A DNA stretch of 64,000 nt from a virus, in the IMG/VR virus record IMGVR_UViG_3300008263_000022, positions 1 to 64,000 of that record; one strand, written 5' to 3'. The notes beneath the pieces are model-generated. The model was given only the letters and a program-made list of their open reading frames with translations. It was not told the DNA's origin and ran no database searches. The position numbers and the translations under genes are program-made. Below are positions 37,334 through 47,596 of the stretch, piece by piece. Every line of letters starts with the position of its first letter. The stretch's first letter is position 1.

Positions 37334-39092
37334 TTTTTTCTCCGTTGTTTTTCTTCTTTTTAATTGTTATTGTTTGAGTTTGGTTATCCGATGGAGTAAC
37401 CATAGGCTCTTTATTTGAAGCACCACCAAGTGTGCCACCAACACCCATGTCGTTGGCACCAGGATCATCTATTGCTTCTAATACTTTTCTAAATTTATTA
37501 AATTGCTTTTGTTCTCTATATGTTACATCGCCAAGACCGGACATGGGATATACTGTTCCCTGCTGGCGTGTATCGTATTCTGGACCTATTCCGGTCACAT
37601 TTCTAATTCTTTGGCTTACCGACTGTATGTCGGTAAACCGTTTTTTGCTTACTTTTTCTTTGTCCTTGGAGAAATTGGTTTCTTTGGGGACTGGCGAGAT
37701 TTTGAGGACTGGCTTTTGGGCTTCTGTGTAGGTGCGGAAGTTGTAGCTGCCGCCTCGTTTGTTTGCGTTCCACTTGATGTCGTCTGCGTTGGGGTCGCTG
37801 GCTCGATTGTCGGCTGGGATACTGTCGAGTCCGTTTGTTCGGAGCTCTGGTGTGGTTTTAATTTTATAAAATCGATTAGTGCTTTTAACATTTTTTTCTT
37901 CCTTAAATAATGAAATATTTCTATTTTTCCAATCACTAGCGATATCACTTATATTGCCAGTATCCAAGAATTGTTTAGTAAATTGATATACTTCCGTAAT
38001 GTCCTCTTCCTTGGTATCTATATCACCGGTATTATCGAAACCGATAAAATCCACAAATGATTCTCTGAAATATTTAGTATTTTCTTGACATTTCATCCAT
38101 TTATCATACCGTACAGACTCCACCATCATTCTAGACAATGCTGAGTTTCTCTCCTTACTAACTTCATTTGTGGTATTGACAAAAATCATCATTGTGTCAT
38201 ACCCCAATTCTTCCAATTCTTCTTTTATATATGACAATTTTTCAAAATCATCAGCTGGTCCGTTAATAATTAATGGACCCCTTCTACGAATAGATTCTCT
38301 ACGGAAATCACTTGTTTTTTCTGATAGTTTTTGTTTATCACTCAAGTAATCTCTGGCTTGAACAAAATTCAATTCTACAATTTTGGACTCTGCAATGGCT
38401 TCACGGATTACAATATCTTTACCAGAACCTGGACCACCAGTCACAAAAATGGCTTTAAATTGGCCATGATTATGTGCTTCATGTAGGCCCATACCTTTGC
38501 GTGTATCGTGCATGAGGTCTTTTGCATGTTTATCTGACACATGATCAGGAACACCTTTTCTAAATTCTCCAAAGTTTTTATTTTTGGCGTGCTCTCTCAT
38601 TTTGGTGCCTGACATTCCGGTGGAACCTTCAGCGTCCGGATCACGGTGGCCAGCAGAATGAACAGTAATTTTTTTAAAATCGTAATGGCCGTGTTTACCT
38701 TTTACACCATTATATTTGTGTAGTGAATCTTTGAACTCTTTAACACGGTCAGAACCAACAACCACATGAAGGTGGGTTATACCTTGTTTGTGTAATTCGG
38801 CAGCATGATGAAAGATAGATGGATGTTCTTTTGAGGACGATTTTAAATTAGTACCTGGTGCATATCTTTTTAAATGTTTAACTTTAGATTCACCAGACAA
38901 TGGATTTTTTTTAGAATCTTGTGAATGAGATACCACAACAGTATGACCTGCATTGTTTTTATCTGCAACTTCTTTGACCTTATGAATAAGTTTAAGGTGT
39001 CCTGTTGTAGGAGGATTCATCCGACCAAAAGTCATCACATGATGTTTCTGTGACGATTCATCTTCTTGAACTAATTCTAAAAATGATTTCAT
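37317..39092 (-). CDS. cytidylyltransferase-like domain fused to P-loop kinase-like domain
   Basis: FGRMNPPTTGH, VVGSDRV, MSGTKMR; second domain GGPGSGK; N-terminus MKSFLELVQE. Confidence 0.8.
   Translation of the reverse strand: MKSFLELVQEDESSQKHHVMTFGRMNPPTTGHLKLIHKVKEVADKNNAGHTVVVSHSQDSKKNPLSGESKVKHLKRYAPGTNLKSSSKEHPSIFHHAAELHKQGITHLHVVVGSDRVKEFKDSLHKYNGVKGKHGHYDFKKITVHSAGHRDPDAEGSTGMSGTKMREHAKNKNFGEFRKGVPDHVSDKHAKDLMHDTRKGMGLHEAHNHGQFKAIFVTGGPGSGKDIVIREAIAESKIVELNFVQARDYLSDKQKLSEKTSDFRRESIRRRGPLIINGPADDFEKLSYIKEELEELGYDTMMIFVNTTNEVSKERNSALSRMMVESVRYDKWMKCQENTKYFRESFVDFIGFDNTGDIDTKEEDITEVYQFTKQFLDTGNISDIASDWKNRNISLFKEEKNVKSTNRFYKIKTTPELRTNGLDSIPADNRASDPNADDIKWNANKRGGSYNFRTYTEAQKPVLKISPVPKETNFSKDKEKVSKKRFTDIQSVSQRIRNVTGIGPEYDTRQQGTVYPMSGLGDVTYREQKQFNKFRKVLEAIDDPGANDMGVGGTLGGASNKEPMVTPSDNQTQTITIKKKKNNGEKNVYKK
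37649..37891 (-). CDS. candidate overprinted gene
   Basis: AAGGAAG RBS before ATG 37891; MLKALIDFIKLK...KKPISPRTKKK in an alternative frame. Confidence 0.4.
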   Translation of the reverse strand: MLKALIDFIKLKPHQSSEQTDSTVSQPTIEPATPTQTTSSGTQTNEAAATTSAPTQKPKSQSSKSRQSPKKPISPRTKKK

Positions 39093-39101
39093 TTTGTCTT
39101 T

Positions 39102-40502
39102 TTAATGTGAAGCGGCCGGAGTAACGGTATAATTTGATGTATCGGATTTTAAAGCATTGCTATTTGTTTTTGGTCTATAGTGAGCTAGTGCTGTATGTGA
39201 ACCATTTTTTTCAACTTTATGTAGTGTTACTGTAGCACCGTTTCTAGATACAGCATATTTTGATTTTTTATTATTAAAAACTTTATTTAATGGATGTTCA
39301 CTTCCGGGTGTAACAGTAGATTTAATTTTATGTTCTTCGTGACCCATCACATGAACTTTAGACCAAGGCATTTTGGTATTTGGTGTTAAATGTTTTTTTA
39401 ACATTTGGCCAACCATTCTATGTCCTTCATCTCCAGTATGGTGTAATAAATGATGTATATGATTATGTAATTCTTCAGCAGTATCTTTATGTACTGGTTG
39501 AGCTAATTTGCTTGCCTTTTGTTCAACGGAAGAATGCTTTGTGACATTTTCTTTTTTTCTAACGGCATCAATATGTCTACCCCTCTCAGCTGCAGATTTA
39601 TCACCGTGACCCATTTCACTATGAACTTTTTTTAATCCTTCTCTTGCAATTTTTTCAGTTTCTAATTTTCTTGTTGGGTGGTCTAACATATGATCCAAAT
39701 GTATTGCTGGATTTTTAGTTGTTATATTTTTAGATTTTTTGGACGATTTTAATGAAAATCCATCATAATTATGTTCATGTCCGGCACCAAATTCTTCCTT
39801 TAAATGGCCAGGAACATATGTTTTTACTGTGATGTCGGATGGATTTTCTTGAGTATCGTTATGTTTTCCTTGTGTGAATTTTCCAATATCTCCTTCTTTA
39901 GATGTGTGTCCAACTGCAGCAATTTTAACGTGAGGACCATGTTTTTGTTTTAATGTTTCTATAATTGAACCGGCTGCTGCTTTACCGTGGGCTTGTCTTA
40001 ACCTAAATTCTTTTTCGTGTGTTTTATTTGTTACATATTTCTTTTTAATGTCAGCTAGAGCTTTTACATGTGAAGTTAAATCTTTTTTATGTTCTGGAGT
40101 TCCATAAGTTCCATGTTGTGTATGCATATGATGAATTAAATGTATTGCTGTGGAATGTTCTGTTGTTTTTCCTGAAGGATCATTTCCAAGACCTTCTTCT
40201 TTTTTTTCTTCTCTTAGATGTCCTTCGTGATTTTCGTGACCTGCTTTTTCTAATTCATCTTTGGTGGGAGTATCAGCATTATGTTCCCAATGAACTAATT
40301 TTGTTATATTATTTAAATTTTTGTTATAAAAAACAGCATGAGAACCGTTAGTATTATTAAAAACATGAACATCAACTTTATGTCCATCTTTTGTTGTATA
40401 TGTATGGTGTGGTTTTAAATTTGAAAAATCGTGGTCATCACCAAAATTTTCTTTAATTAGTCCGGCACGGTCAAGATATATTCTTAATTGTAAACTTGTC
40501 AT
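39102..40502 (-). CDS. His-rich protein with PD-(D/E)XK-like nuclease motif
   Basis: TTEHST, ENPSDITV...GFSLKSS; many His residues. Confidence 0.55.
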   Translation of the reverse strand: MTSLQLRIYLDRAGLIKENFGDDHDFSNLKPHHTYTTKDGHKVDVHVFNNTNGSHAVFYNKNLNNITKLVHWEHNADTPTKDELEKAGHENHEGHLREEKKEEGLGNDPSGKTTEHSTAIHLIHHMHTQHGTYGTPEHKKDLTSHVKALADIKKKYVTNKTHEKEFRLRQAHGKAAAGSIIETLKQKHGPHVKIAAVGHTSKEGDIGKFTQGKHNDTQENPSDITVKTYVPGHLKEEFGAGHEHNYDGFSLKSSKKSKNITTKNPAIHLDHMLDHPTRKLETEKIAREGLKKVHSEMGHGDKSAAERGRHIDAVRKKENVTKHSSVEQKASKLAQPVHKDTAEELHNHIHHLLHHTGDEGHRMVGQMLKKHLTPNTKMPWSKVHVMGHEEHKIKSTVTPGSEHPLNKVFNNKKSKYAVSRNGATVTLHKVEKNGSHTALAHYRPKTNSNALKSDTSNYTVTPAASH

Positions 40503-41689
40503 TTTCTCACCTTTAACAAATTTTGTTTAGCAAATTCTGCACGGTTAACCAATTTGGTTGGTTCATTTTCGTGGTGAACCACAAAGCCTTCAGGTTTAGA
40601 TTTTTTGCCATCAATATGGTGTTCATAATGACCTTCATGTGTTTCTAAGGATTTCACCAAAGCATTTTTGGCTTGATGTAAATGGTGATGCATCGACAAT
40701 AAATTTCCATAATGAGCTTTGTGTTTTTCAACATGAGAAATTTGAGATTGACCTTCTTTTGTTTTTTCAGATTTTGATTTTTCAGATTTTACTTTTGCGG
40801 CCTGCTTTTCATGAACGTTGTGTATATGTTCTTTAAAACCTTTAACACTCGGAACTTCATCATGTTTTACTGTTTTGTTTATGTATGTTGATAGGTGGCC
40901 AGCTTCTCCACTATGTTTTGGATGAACGGCATCATACATCTTGTGACCATGTGTGTCGTGTATTTCTTTGGCTGCAGCCATATGTTTTTGAAAATGTTTT
41001 TCATTTTCGGCTGAATGTTTTACTTTGCTTGTATCATGTTCTGCGCCATGAATATGTACATCTGGATGTTCTTTGAATTTGCCCATATCAATATGTGGAG
41101 AAGCGTGTTTCATATCATCACTATATTGATGGTGAACAACAACACCAACTTTGGACTTTTTAATCTTTTCTGCTTCTTTACCTTTGGCAGTATATGTGAT
41201 TGTATTGGGAGTAAACGAAACATCACCTTTTGCTTCTACAATGTAACTTTCGTGTAAGGTCTTTGTGTCGGCATGATGCATTAAATCACCTTGATATACG
41301 CCATGTTTTGGTGTAACTTTTGGTAAATGTTTTAATGCGTGTTTGAGTGTTTTTGCTAATCCTGGTGCATGACCATGATTTTTATCGATATCTTTTTCTG
41401 TGTGATTAATCTTTGGATTTTTATTGAAGGCCGATTTTGTTGCAACAAAAAACTTACCATTCTTAGGATGGTGACCAAAAACAATTGATGGAGAACCGTC
41501 ATATTTCATCGTGAGATTGGTGTTTTTATTTTTGCTGATTATATGTTGATGAGCAGCCATCAAAGCGCCATGTGCATGTTCAAAACCAGCATGGCCGTGC
41601 ATTAATGGTCTATCTTCAGCATGATGAATATGTTTGAGTTCGGAACTTTGTTCCGATTCTTCAGTTAAGAATGACTTAAATGATAACAT
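40499..41689 (-). CDS. conserved T4-like His-rich protein with nucleotidyltransferase/ligase-like motifs
   Basis: MLSFKSFLTEE (CTS-like), HAED, TMKYDGSP, FFVATKS, YQGDLM, PEGFV, KLVNRAEF. Confidence 0.75.
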   Translation of the reverse strand: MLSFKSFLTEESEQSSELKHIHHAEDRPLMHGHAGFEHAHGALMAAHQHIISKNKNTNLTMKYDGSPSIVFGHHPKNGKFFVATKSAFNKNPKINHTEKDIDKNHGHAPGLAKTLKHALKHLPKVTPKHGVYQGDLMHHADTKTLHESYIVEAKGDVSFTPNTITYTAKGKEAEKIKKSKVGVVVHHQYSDDMKHASPHIDMGKFKEHPDVHIHGAEHDTSKVKHSAENEKHFQKHMAAAKEIHDTHGHKMYDAVHPKHSGEAGHLSTYINKTVKHDEVPSVKGFKEHIHNVHEKQAAKVKSEKSKSEKTKEGQSQISHVEKHKAHYGNLLSMHHHLHQAKNALVKSLETHEGHYEHHIDGKKSKPEGFVVHHENEPTKLVNRAEFAKQNLLKVRK

Positions 41690-41734
41690 TGAATTTCCTT
41701 TGGATTTGCAACACACTATGGTTGCCGATTTGCT

Positions 41735-41742
41735 TATTTATA
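41735..41742 (-). promoter_or_regulatory. T4-type late promoter
   Basis: TATAAATA upstream of the packaged-protein block. Confidence 0.7.
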
Positions 41743-41813
41743 CAACATTTAAATCTTGATGGCTAAACTATAAGGATATTCGATTCGATATATACGCCGC
41801 CGGATTGTTGGAT

Positions 41814-42827
41814 TTAAAACAATTTTTGTGTCCAAGTTTTAGGAGTTTTCTCGGAAATAATTTCCAGTGGTAGGTGATACTCAAAAGGTCTTGTTCCTCT
41901 TGAGTTTATATAATCAATCTGTTTTTGTAGAGATTGTTCCAATGAAATTTTTGTTTTATAACCAAAGAAATATCTGATTTTATCGGCTGAACAGTTGGCG
42001 TGTTTTACCTCTTGTGGTCGACCTGGCATGAATACTGGATTTAGTTCGAAATTCAACAGCTTGGCAACAACTTGAGCCAGTTCCAAAATGGTTACCGGAT
42101 TCTCATCAGGTCCAATATTGAATATTTCTCCAACCGCTTTAGGATTCTCAGCAAATTCCACAAGGCAGTCAACGTCATCTGATATATCAGAGAAACATCT
42201 GGTTTGTGAACCATCAGCATAGATAATAGGTTGGCGGCCTTGCAACATCAAATTAATCATAATACTTGCCACATTTCTAAAGGGATCATCATACTTCTGA
42301 CGAGGGCCAATGATATTGTGTGGAATAGCAATAACTAGTTCAATACCGTGTATCTCGGCAAGATTTTGTAGTAGTAATTCTGTACCATACTTTGCAATAC
42401 CATATGGGTCTTGTGGTTTACAAGTCATATCTTCGGTGAAAGGAACTCTATCTTGTGTTCCATATCTGGCCATTGAAGAACAATGAACAAATTTAGGAAC
42501 TCCGGATTGAATAGCCGCAGTTATAGCATTCACAGCAATTTGCGTTGTGTTCTGAACAATTAATGATGGAGAAAAAACCGAGAGGCCTTCATATGCTGTG
42601 CACGCTGTATGATATACAACATCACATCCGGCCATCATATTTTTTAATTTAGTAAAATCTATCAAATCTTCTTGGTAGAATTCTACTTCATCCGGAACAT
42701 TATCTCGATATCCACCCAATAGATTATCAATACCCGCAACTTGATATCCTTTAGATAAAAATGCATCAGCCAAATGTGATCCTAAAAAACCGGCCACGCC
42801 AGTAATAAAAACTTTTTTTATTGCCAT
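41814..42827 (-). CDS. NAD-dependent nucleotide-sugar epimerase/dehydratase
   Basis: TGVAGFLG, YGIAK (YxxxK), GSQTRCF. Confidence 0.9.
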   Translation of the reverse strand: MAIKKVFITGVAGFLGSHLADAFLSKGYQVAGIDNLLGGYRDNVPDEVEFYQEDLIDFTKLKNMMAGCDVVYHTACTAYEGLSVFSPSLIVQNTTQIAVNAITAAIQSGVPKFVHCSSMARYGTQDRVPFTEDMTCKPQDPYGIAKYGTELLLQNLAEIHGIELVIAIPHNIIGPRQKYDDPFRNVASIMINLMLQGRQPIIYADGSQTRCFSDISDDVDCLVEFAENPKAVGEIFNIGPDENPVTILELAQVVAKLLNFELNPVFMPGRPQEVKHANCSADKIRYFFGYKTKISLEQSLQKQIDYINSRGTRPFEYHLPLEIISEKTPKTWTQKLF

Positions 42828-43531
42828 TTTGTTCCCTCAAAATCTAACCAATATGTTGTCATTTTGCCTTTTCCTTCTAGTAGATAAAATGGTAAAGTGT
42901 GAATTAATCCTCGACTGGATCCATAGTATAACAGGTCTTTAGGTCCTTTGTCAAGAGCCCAAGCGAAATGGCTTGAACCTGTATCGCCACCCACAAATAT
43001 TTCAGCTGTTGTGATGTGGTAATAGTTTTGTACAAAATTAGTAGAATATCGCCAACCATCAAACGGACATCCTTCTGTAGGCTCACCTTTTTTACAAATT
43101 ATTTTTTCGTAATCTTTATATTCTTCGGTAGAATATTTGGCGATAATCTGTTCATATACATTCTTTGGCCAGTTACGCCATTGATTGTAAGGAGCATCAA
43201 ATAATGGAAATACTGCAATCTTCTTTTCCATTGGTGCATTGTTTGGTATTTTTATCAAGTCACCAGATATATCTCTGAAATCCCAAACATTGACTTTTCT
43301 CCAAGGTAATGATTGTTCACCCGGTTCTGTTGAAAAATAGTTAGTCATCTTCAACATTATCTCATAAAATGTTTGACAATGTGTGTCAGAGCTAACATTA
43401 CCTGGCTTCAAGTGGAATTGAATTAGTGGATTGTTGTTAACTTTTCGTATGTGCTCTAATACATTAGCAACGCCAATCATGTCACCATTACGAACTGTAC
43501 CAAAGGTGCCTGCTTCAATATTAATAATCAT
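42818..43531 (-). CDS. glycosyltransferase-like protein (GT-B/GT9-like)
   Basis: RNGD...FVGGDTGSSHFA resembles heptosyltransferase motifs. Confidence 0.55.
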   Translation of the reverse strand: MIINIEAGTFGTVRNGDMIGVANVLEHIRKVNNNPLIQFHLKPGNVSSDTHCQTFYEIMLKMTNYFSTEPGEQSLPWRKVNVWDFRDISGDLIKIPNNAPMEKKIAVFPLFDAPYNQWRNWPKNVYEQIIAKYSTEEYKDYEKIICKKGEPTEGCPFDGWRYSTNFVQNYYHITTAEIFVGGDTGSSHFAWALDKGPKDLLYYGSSRGLIHTLPFYLLEGKGKMTTYWLDFEGTKWQ

Positions 43532-44271
43532 AATAGTGTTTGCAATTCATTTGCATGAACAAGTTTAGCTTTTCGATTCAAATAGAAATGTTTTTCAAAT
43601 ATTTGATTGATGTTCTTGCCATTATCCCACGATACATCATCACCAACTCTAAATTCTGGTTTCCAATCTTCTGCTTTCCAAACACAATATAAAGGAACAT
43701 TACATAGGTCAGCGAGCATACCAACACCAGTAAAGTTTGTGATAAATGGCTTCTTTAAATTTTTAATAATGTAAGCATTCTCCAACATTGGCCGATTAAA
43801 ATTAAGAAACTCACAATCTTTTAAATGTGATAGTATATGAGTTTCTCTGCGGTCATCAATATTACCCACCGCCCAGCGGTCACCAACATAATATGCATCT
43901 TTCACAGTAATATTATATTCTGGTGTTTTTACTGTGAAATCATCATCAACTTTAAATAACATTCTGTATTTGTCATTCAACCAATTTTCATAACGACAAG
44001 TTTCTATTGGTCTATTCGGATCTTTTTTATCCTCTCTAATTGGCCATGAACTTAAATTAATGACATCACCATACATAAACAATTCGTCATCAAAAGAAAC
44101 ATCAGTAAATAAATCTTGATAAAGTAAAAATTCTTTAATGCCATTAAATTTACGCATTTCACTTTTAATCACAAGATCAAATTTAGCAACATCTTTACTT
44201 ATACCAGCCAAAACAGGCATGGCATTTAAAAAATCACCTAGATTAGAGGTACCACTAACAAATATTTTCAT
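43528..44271 (-). CDS. glycosyltransferase-like protein (GT9-like)
   Basis: NLGDFLNAMPVL...FITNFTGVGMLAD. Confidence 0.5.
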   Translation of the reverse strand: MKIFVSGTSNLGDFLNAMPVLAGISKDVAKFDLVIKSEMRKFNGIKEFLLYQDLFTDVSFDDELFMYGDVINLSSWPIREDKKDPNRPIETCRYENWLNDKYRMLFKVDDDFTVKTPEYNITVKDAYYVGDRWAVGNIDDRRETHILSHLKDCEFLNFNRPMLENAYIIKNLKKPFITNFTGVGMLADLCNVPLYCVWKAEDWKPEFRVGDDVSWDNGKNINQIFEKHFYLNRKAKLVHANELQTLL

Positions 44272-45068
44272 TCAGCAAATTCCTTAAAGGCAACAAACCA
44301 GTCCGATTTAGAAACTGGATGTAATTCAAACAATTCTGGTTTTTGTAGATAAGACATTAATAGTAATGTTTGGTCGTCATCAACTAAATCATTTTTAAGT
44401 AACTCATTTATGCTATGATACACCATTTTTTCTAGTGTTGGCCACATTTCTTTTCCTGCAACAATACACGGGCCTGTTACATGAACATCATTGTTAAAAA
44501 TAACATCACTAATATATGTGTTGGGTGTCCACTCTTTAATATTGAAGAAATGTATTTTATTTTTATCAAAAGGATATTTCCATTTCTTAACACCATTGAG
44601 TGTTGATTCTTCTCGGCAATAACCAAAATCCATCCATGCAACAAGGTCGGTGGTAATTAAATTATTCTCAATTGCTTTTGAAATGAAAGAGGATTTCAAT
44701 GCATTGACAATAACATAGTCAGCATTCCAATACTCTGGATTGCGATTTTCTTTAAGATTAATTTTACTTTGATATTCAGGATTTTTTTGTACCTTTGAAA
44801 CTTTTTCTCTTAGTTCTTGAAAGTTATTTTCGAAATCAACTGTGAGTATATCGGTAACTCGGTCTTGCCTTAAAAATTTAATATCATTGACGAATTCTTT
44901 TGATGTGTATACAACCATAGGATTTTCTAATTTAGCCATGTGACCAAATCTTTGTAGGTATGTTTGATTTGTTCGATGTAGATAGTGTGGTAAACCTTTA
45001 TCTGGTGTCCAGTCACCACGGCCAATATCAAAGAAGGCAGTTACAATCGTTATGTCGTTCATATCCAA
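44268..45068 (-). CDS. HtrL/YibB-family glycosyltransferase-like protein
   Basis: ITIVTAFFDIGRGDW, NPEYW, WMDFGY, DDDQTL. Confidence 0.8.
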   Translation of the reverse strand: MDMNDITIVTAFFDIGRGDWTPDKGLPHYLHRTNQTYLQRFGHMAKLENPMVVYTSKEFVNDIKFLRQDRVTDILTVDFENNFQELREKVSKVQKNPEYQSKINLKENRNPEYWNADYVIVNALKSSFISKAIENNLITTDLVAWMDFGYCREESTLNGVKKWKYPFDKNKIHFFNIKEWTPNTYISDVIFNNDVHVTGPCIVAGKEMWPTLEKMVYHSINELLKNDLVDDDQTLLLMSYLQKPELFELHPVSKSDWFVAFKEFAE

Positions 45069-45787
45069 TAATATTTTTTATAGTTATTAACAATTTCTAT
45101 TTTTTCTGGTTGTTCATTTACAAATTTATCATAATCATAACCATCGTTTTGATGGTGATGAGTATCTGTCATATAAGGATTTACTGAATAATTCTTACCG
45201 CATAAAAAATAATATACAACCATATAACAATCCATATAACCCAAAGGATTATATTTTATTTGAAACCAATCATGATTTTTTTTAAACCACTCAACCACTC
45301 TGTCATAATTGTTTAAGAAAGTTGAAACTTTAAATATAGAACCTCCACCACAACCATACTGATCAGTTAAAGGTTTCGTGCCAGAAAAAGATTCAATACT
45401 ATCTATAATGAAATCAGGAATCACATTTCCAATACGAATATCGTGGCCTACCATTTCCCAATCATCTTCTATTGTAATTTGTTTTTTAATCCAAACATCA
45501 TCTTCCATCATCATTATATGTGATGTGCCACATTTTTGGCAAGCTAGTTTAAATCTTTCTAACCACAATAATAATTTTTCTAAGTTATAACTAGGATATC
45601 CCACTTTGGTTCTAAAAGGATAGTAATCACAATTATTGTCGATTGCAATATCAGATAAATCATCTGCATTATCTGATCCCAAAAAGTAATAGGCATCAGG
45701 ATAATATTTTCTCACATTCTCTACCATTTTTTCGGTAGACAATTTTTTACCAGCTGAAGCAAGATGACAGAAAGAAATATCAGGCAT
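45059..45787 (-). CDS. glycosyltransferase-like protein (GT-A)
   Basis: MMMEDDVW, YGCGGGSIF. Confidence 0.55.
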   Translation of the reverse strand: MPDISFCHLASAGKKLSTEKMVENVRKYYPDAYYFLGSDNADDLSDIAIDNNCDYYPFRTKVGYPSYNLEKLLLWLERFKLACQKCGTSHIMMMEDDVWIKKQITIEDDWEMVGHDIRIGNVIPDFIIDSIESFSGTKPLTDQYGCGGGSIFKVSTFLNNYDRVVEWFKKNHDWFQIKYNPLGYMDCYMVVYYFLCGKNYSVNPYMTDTHHHQNDGYDYDKFVNEQPEKIEIVNNYKKYYWI

Positions 45788-46221
45788 ATCTCACCACAAA
45801 CATAATAGAATCACTCATATTGGAAATTTCACGAGCATCAATAATCTCATACACCATATTATCAGGAACCAATTTAATATATTCTTCAGTCCATTCCATT
45901 TGTGCAATATCTTCAATAACAAATACTCCGCCAGGATTTAATTTGGACAAATAAATTGACAATGATTGTAAATGACTTTCTCTTGTATGTGGTCCGTCAT
46001 CAATGATAATATCAAAGTTAGATAGTGTTTCAGCAAACTCTCTCCGATAACCATCAGCATAAGTTATATTGATTCTAGGAAATTTTGCACAATTTTCTTT
46101 TGCGCCAAAATCCATAGGATCTACACCGTATATTTGAGCTTTGGTGAAATACTCATGAAATACTGCAAGTCCGCCTCCACGATGAACTCCAATTTCCAAT
46201 AATTTAATTTCTTTATCTCAT
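45780..46221 (-). pseudogene. class I SAM methyltransferase, N-terminus missing or frameshifted
   Basis: LLEIGV, FDIIIDDGPH, LNPGGVFVIED. The coupled ATG at 46221 is out of frame with the body. Confidence 0.65.
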
Positions 46222-46748
46222 TATTTTCTTTCAATGAGTGTCATGCCGTTATTGTTTGTTCTTCGTTCAACTAATTGCCATTCTGGATGTGTAAATAGAA
46301 ATTCATCGATTGCGGGCCAAACTCCTCTTTCTCCGCCTTGTCCTCTATCACCAAATAATGTGGTATCGTGAAAGAAAATATATTTTTTAACTTTATGTGC
46401 ATGTAATGCCAATTCCTGAACAACTTGTTCATATGAATGATAACTATCGACCAAAAGAACATCAGTAGGATCAATATTAGCTTCTAATGTACTCTGTACA
46501 TGAAGTGTCACATTTCTTCCGCCAGCGATGGCCGATTTAAAATAAGCACCTGTTTCTGGATACACATTAATGTCATAACTGTGCATTTCAATATCTTGTC
46601 GTAAAAAACCTCTAGTACTTTGTGCATATCCTACACCAAACTCGGTTGCATGTTTACAACGAGAAGCTATTTGTGAAATCCAAGGCAGGTGTTCATGTAT
46701 ATCTGTATTTCTCACACAAGCTTCTTGGTATTCTTTTTCAAAATTCAT
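46221..46748 (-). CDS. SAM-dependent methyltransferase-like protein (Methyltransf_24-like)
   Basis: DIHEHL, TEFGV, VDSYHSYEQ, FFHDT, NNNGMT. Confidence 0.75.
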   Translation of the reverse strand: MNFEKEYQEACVRNTDIHEHLPWISQIASRCKHATEFGVGYAQSTRGFLRQDIEMHSYDINVYPETGAYFKSAIAGGRNVTLHVQSTLEANIDPTDVLLVDSYHSYEQVVQELALHAHKVKKYIFFHDTTLFGDRGQGGERGVWPAIDEFLFTHPEWQLVERRTNNNGMTLIERK

Positions 46749-47596
46749 TATTCGGTTCTAAAAGTAATTAAATCTTCTTGTTGGTATTTTTGTTTAATGT
46801 ATTCTTTCCACACAGGCACTCGGTCATATTGATGTACGATTGCAAATGGCTCACCCAAAGATGTTTTAACAACACCATCTTCAAATTTTGGTTCTGGTTC
46901 TAATAGATGTGGTCTGAATGATTCAATTTTAGACGGATCAACGGTAGTACCAGCCTGACAAGCCCATCCATCCAGTTGTACAGCAAAACGAGTTATATCT
47001 TTAAATGGTTGTGTTTGAATCAAAACATTATATACAGCCTGGTCACAAATAGGAATAGGCCTGTTGATTGCATTAAATAAAATATTGAAAACCATATCTT
47101 TTACATATTCAGAAACGCCACCAATGGTTCCAACATTGTATATTTCGTTATTTTTGAACTGCTCATAAACATATGGTCCATAAGCTTGCATAAGATTCTC
47201 GTTACCCCATGGTTCATCTTTATATCTCATACCTTCAGAACCAGCAACCAATTTCTTACCTTTGAGGTTCAATTCTAACCATGTAATTGGATTTGTTTGA
47301 AAATAAACATCTTTGACATCTGTGGTGACCACATGATTATAATTTTGCCAAGTGTTTTTGAGAAAATCGTAGATTGAAAGAAATCGAGCCACATGAATTG
47401 GTGCTTTGATATCATGCATCTTAATGATGATGAAATTCCTTTTAACTAGTTCATCAATCGTTTCTTGTGAAGCATTACCAACAACCATGGCTTTGTCGCC
47501 AGTAAAACCACACTCATCAATTGATTCAACCCAAGGTTTTAATTGATTGTAGTTGTAATTAGTAAATGCACCTATGATTAGGCTTTTTTCCGCCAT
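46748..47596 (-). CDS. glycosyltransferase-like protein (GT-A)
   Basis: TTDVKDVYFQ, NVGTIGG, DQAVYN, VHQYDR. Confidence 0.7.
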   Translation of the reverse strand: MAEKSLIIGAFTNYNYNQLKPWVESIDECGFTGDKAMVVGNASQETIDELVKRNFIIIKMHDIKAPIHVARFLSIYDFLKNTWQNYNHVVTTDVKDVYFQTNPITWLELNLKGKKLVAGSEGMRYKDEPWGNENLMQAYGPYVYEQFKNNEIYNVGTIGGVSEYVKDMVFNILFNAINRPIPICDQAVYNVLIQTQPFKDITRFAVQLDGWACQAGTTVDPSKIESFRPHLLEPEPKFEDGVVKTSLGEPFAIVHQYDRVPVWKEYIKQKYQQEDLITFRTE

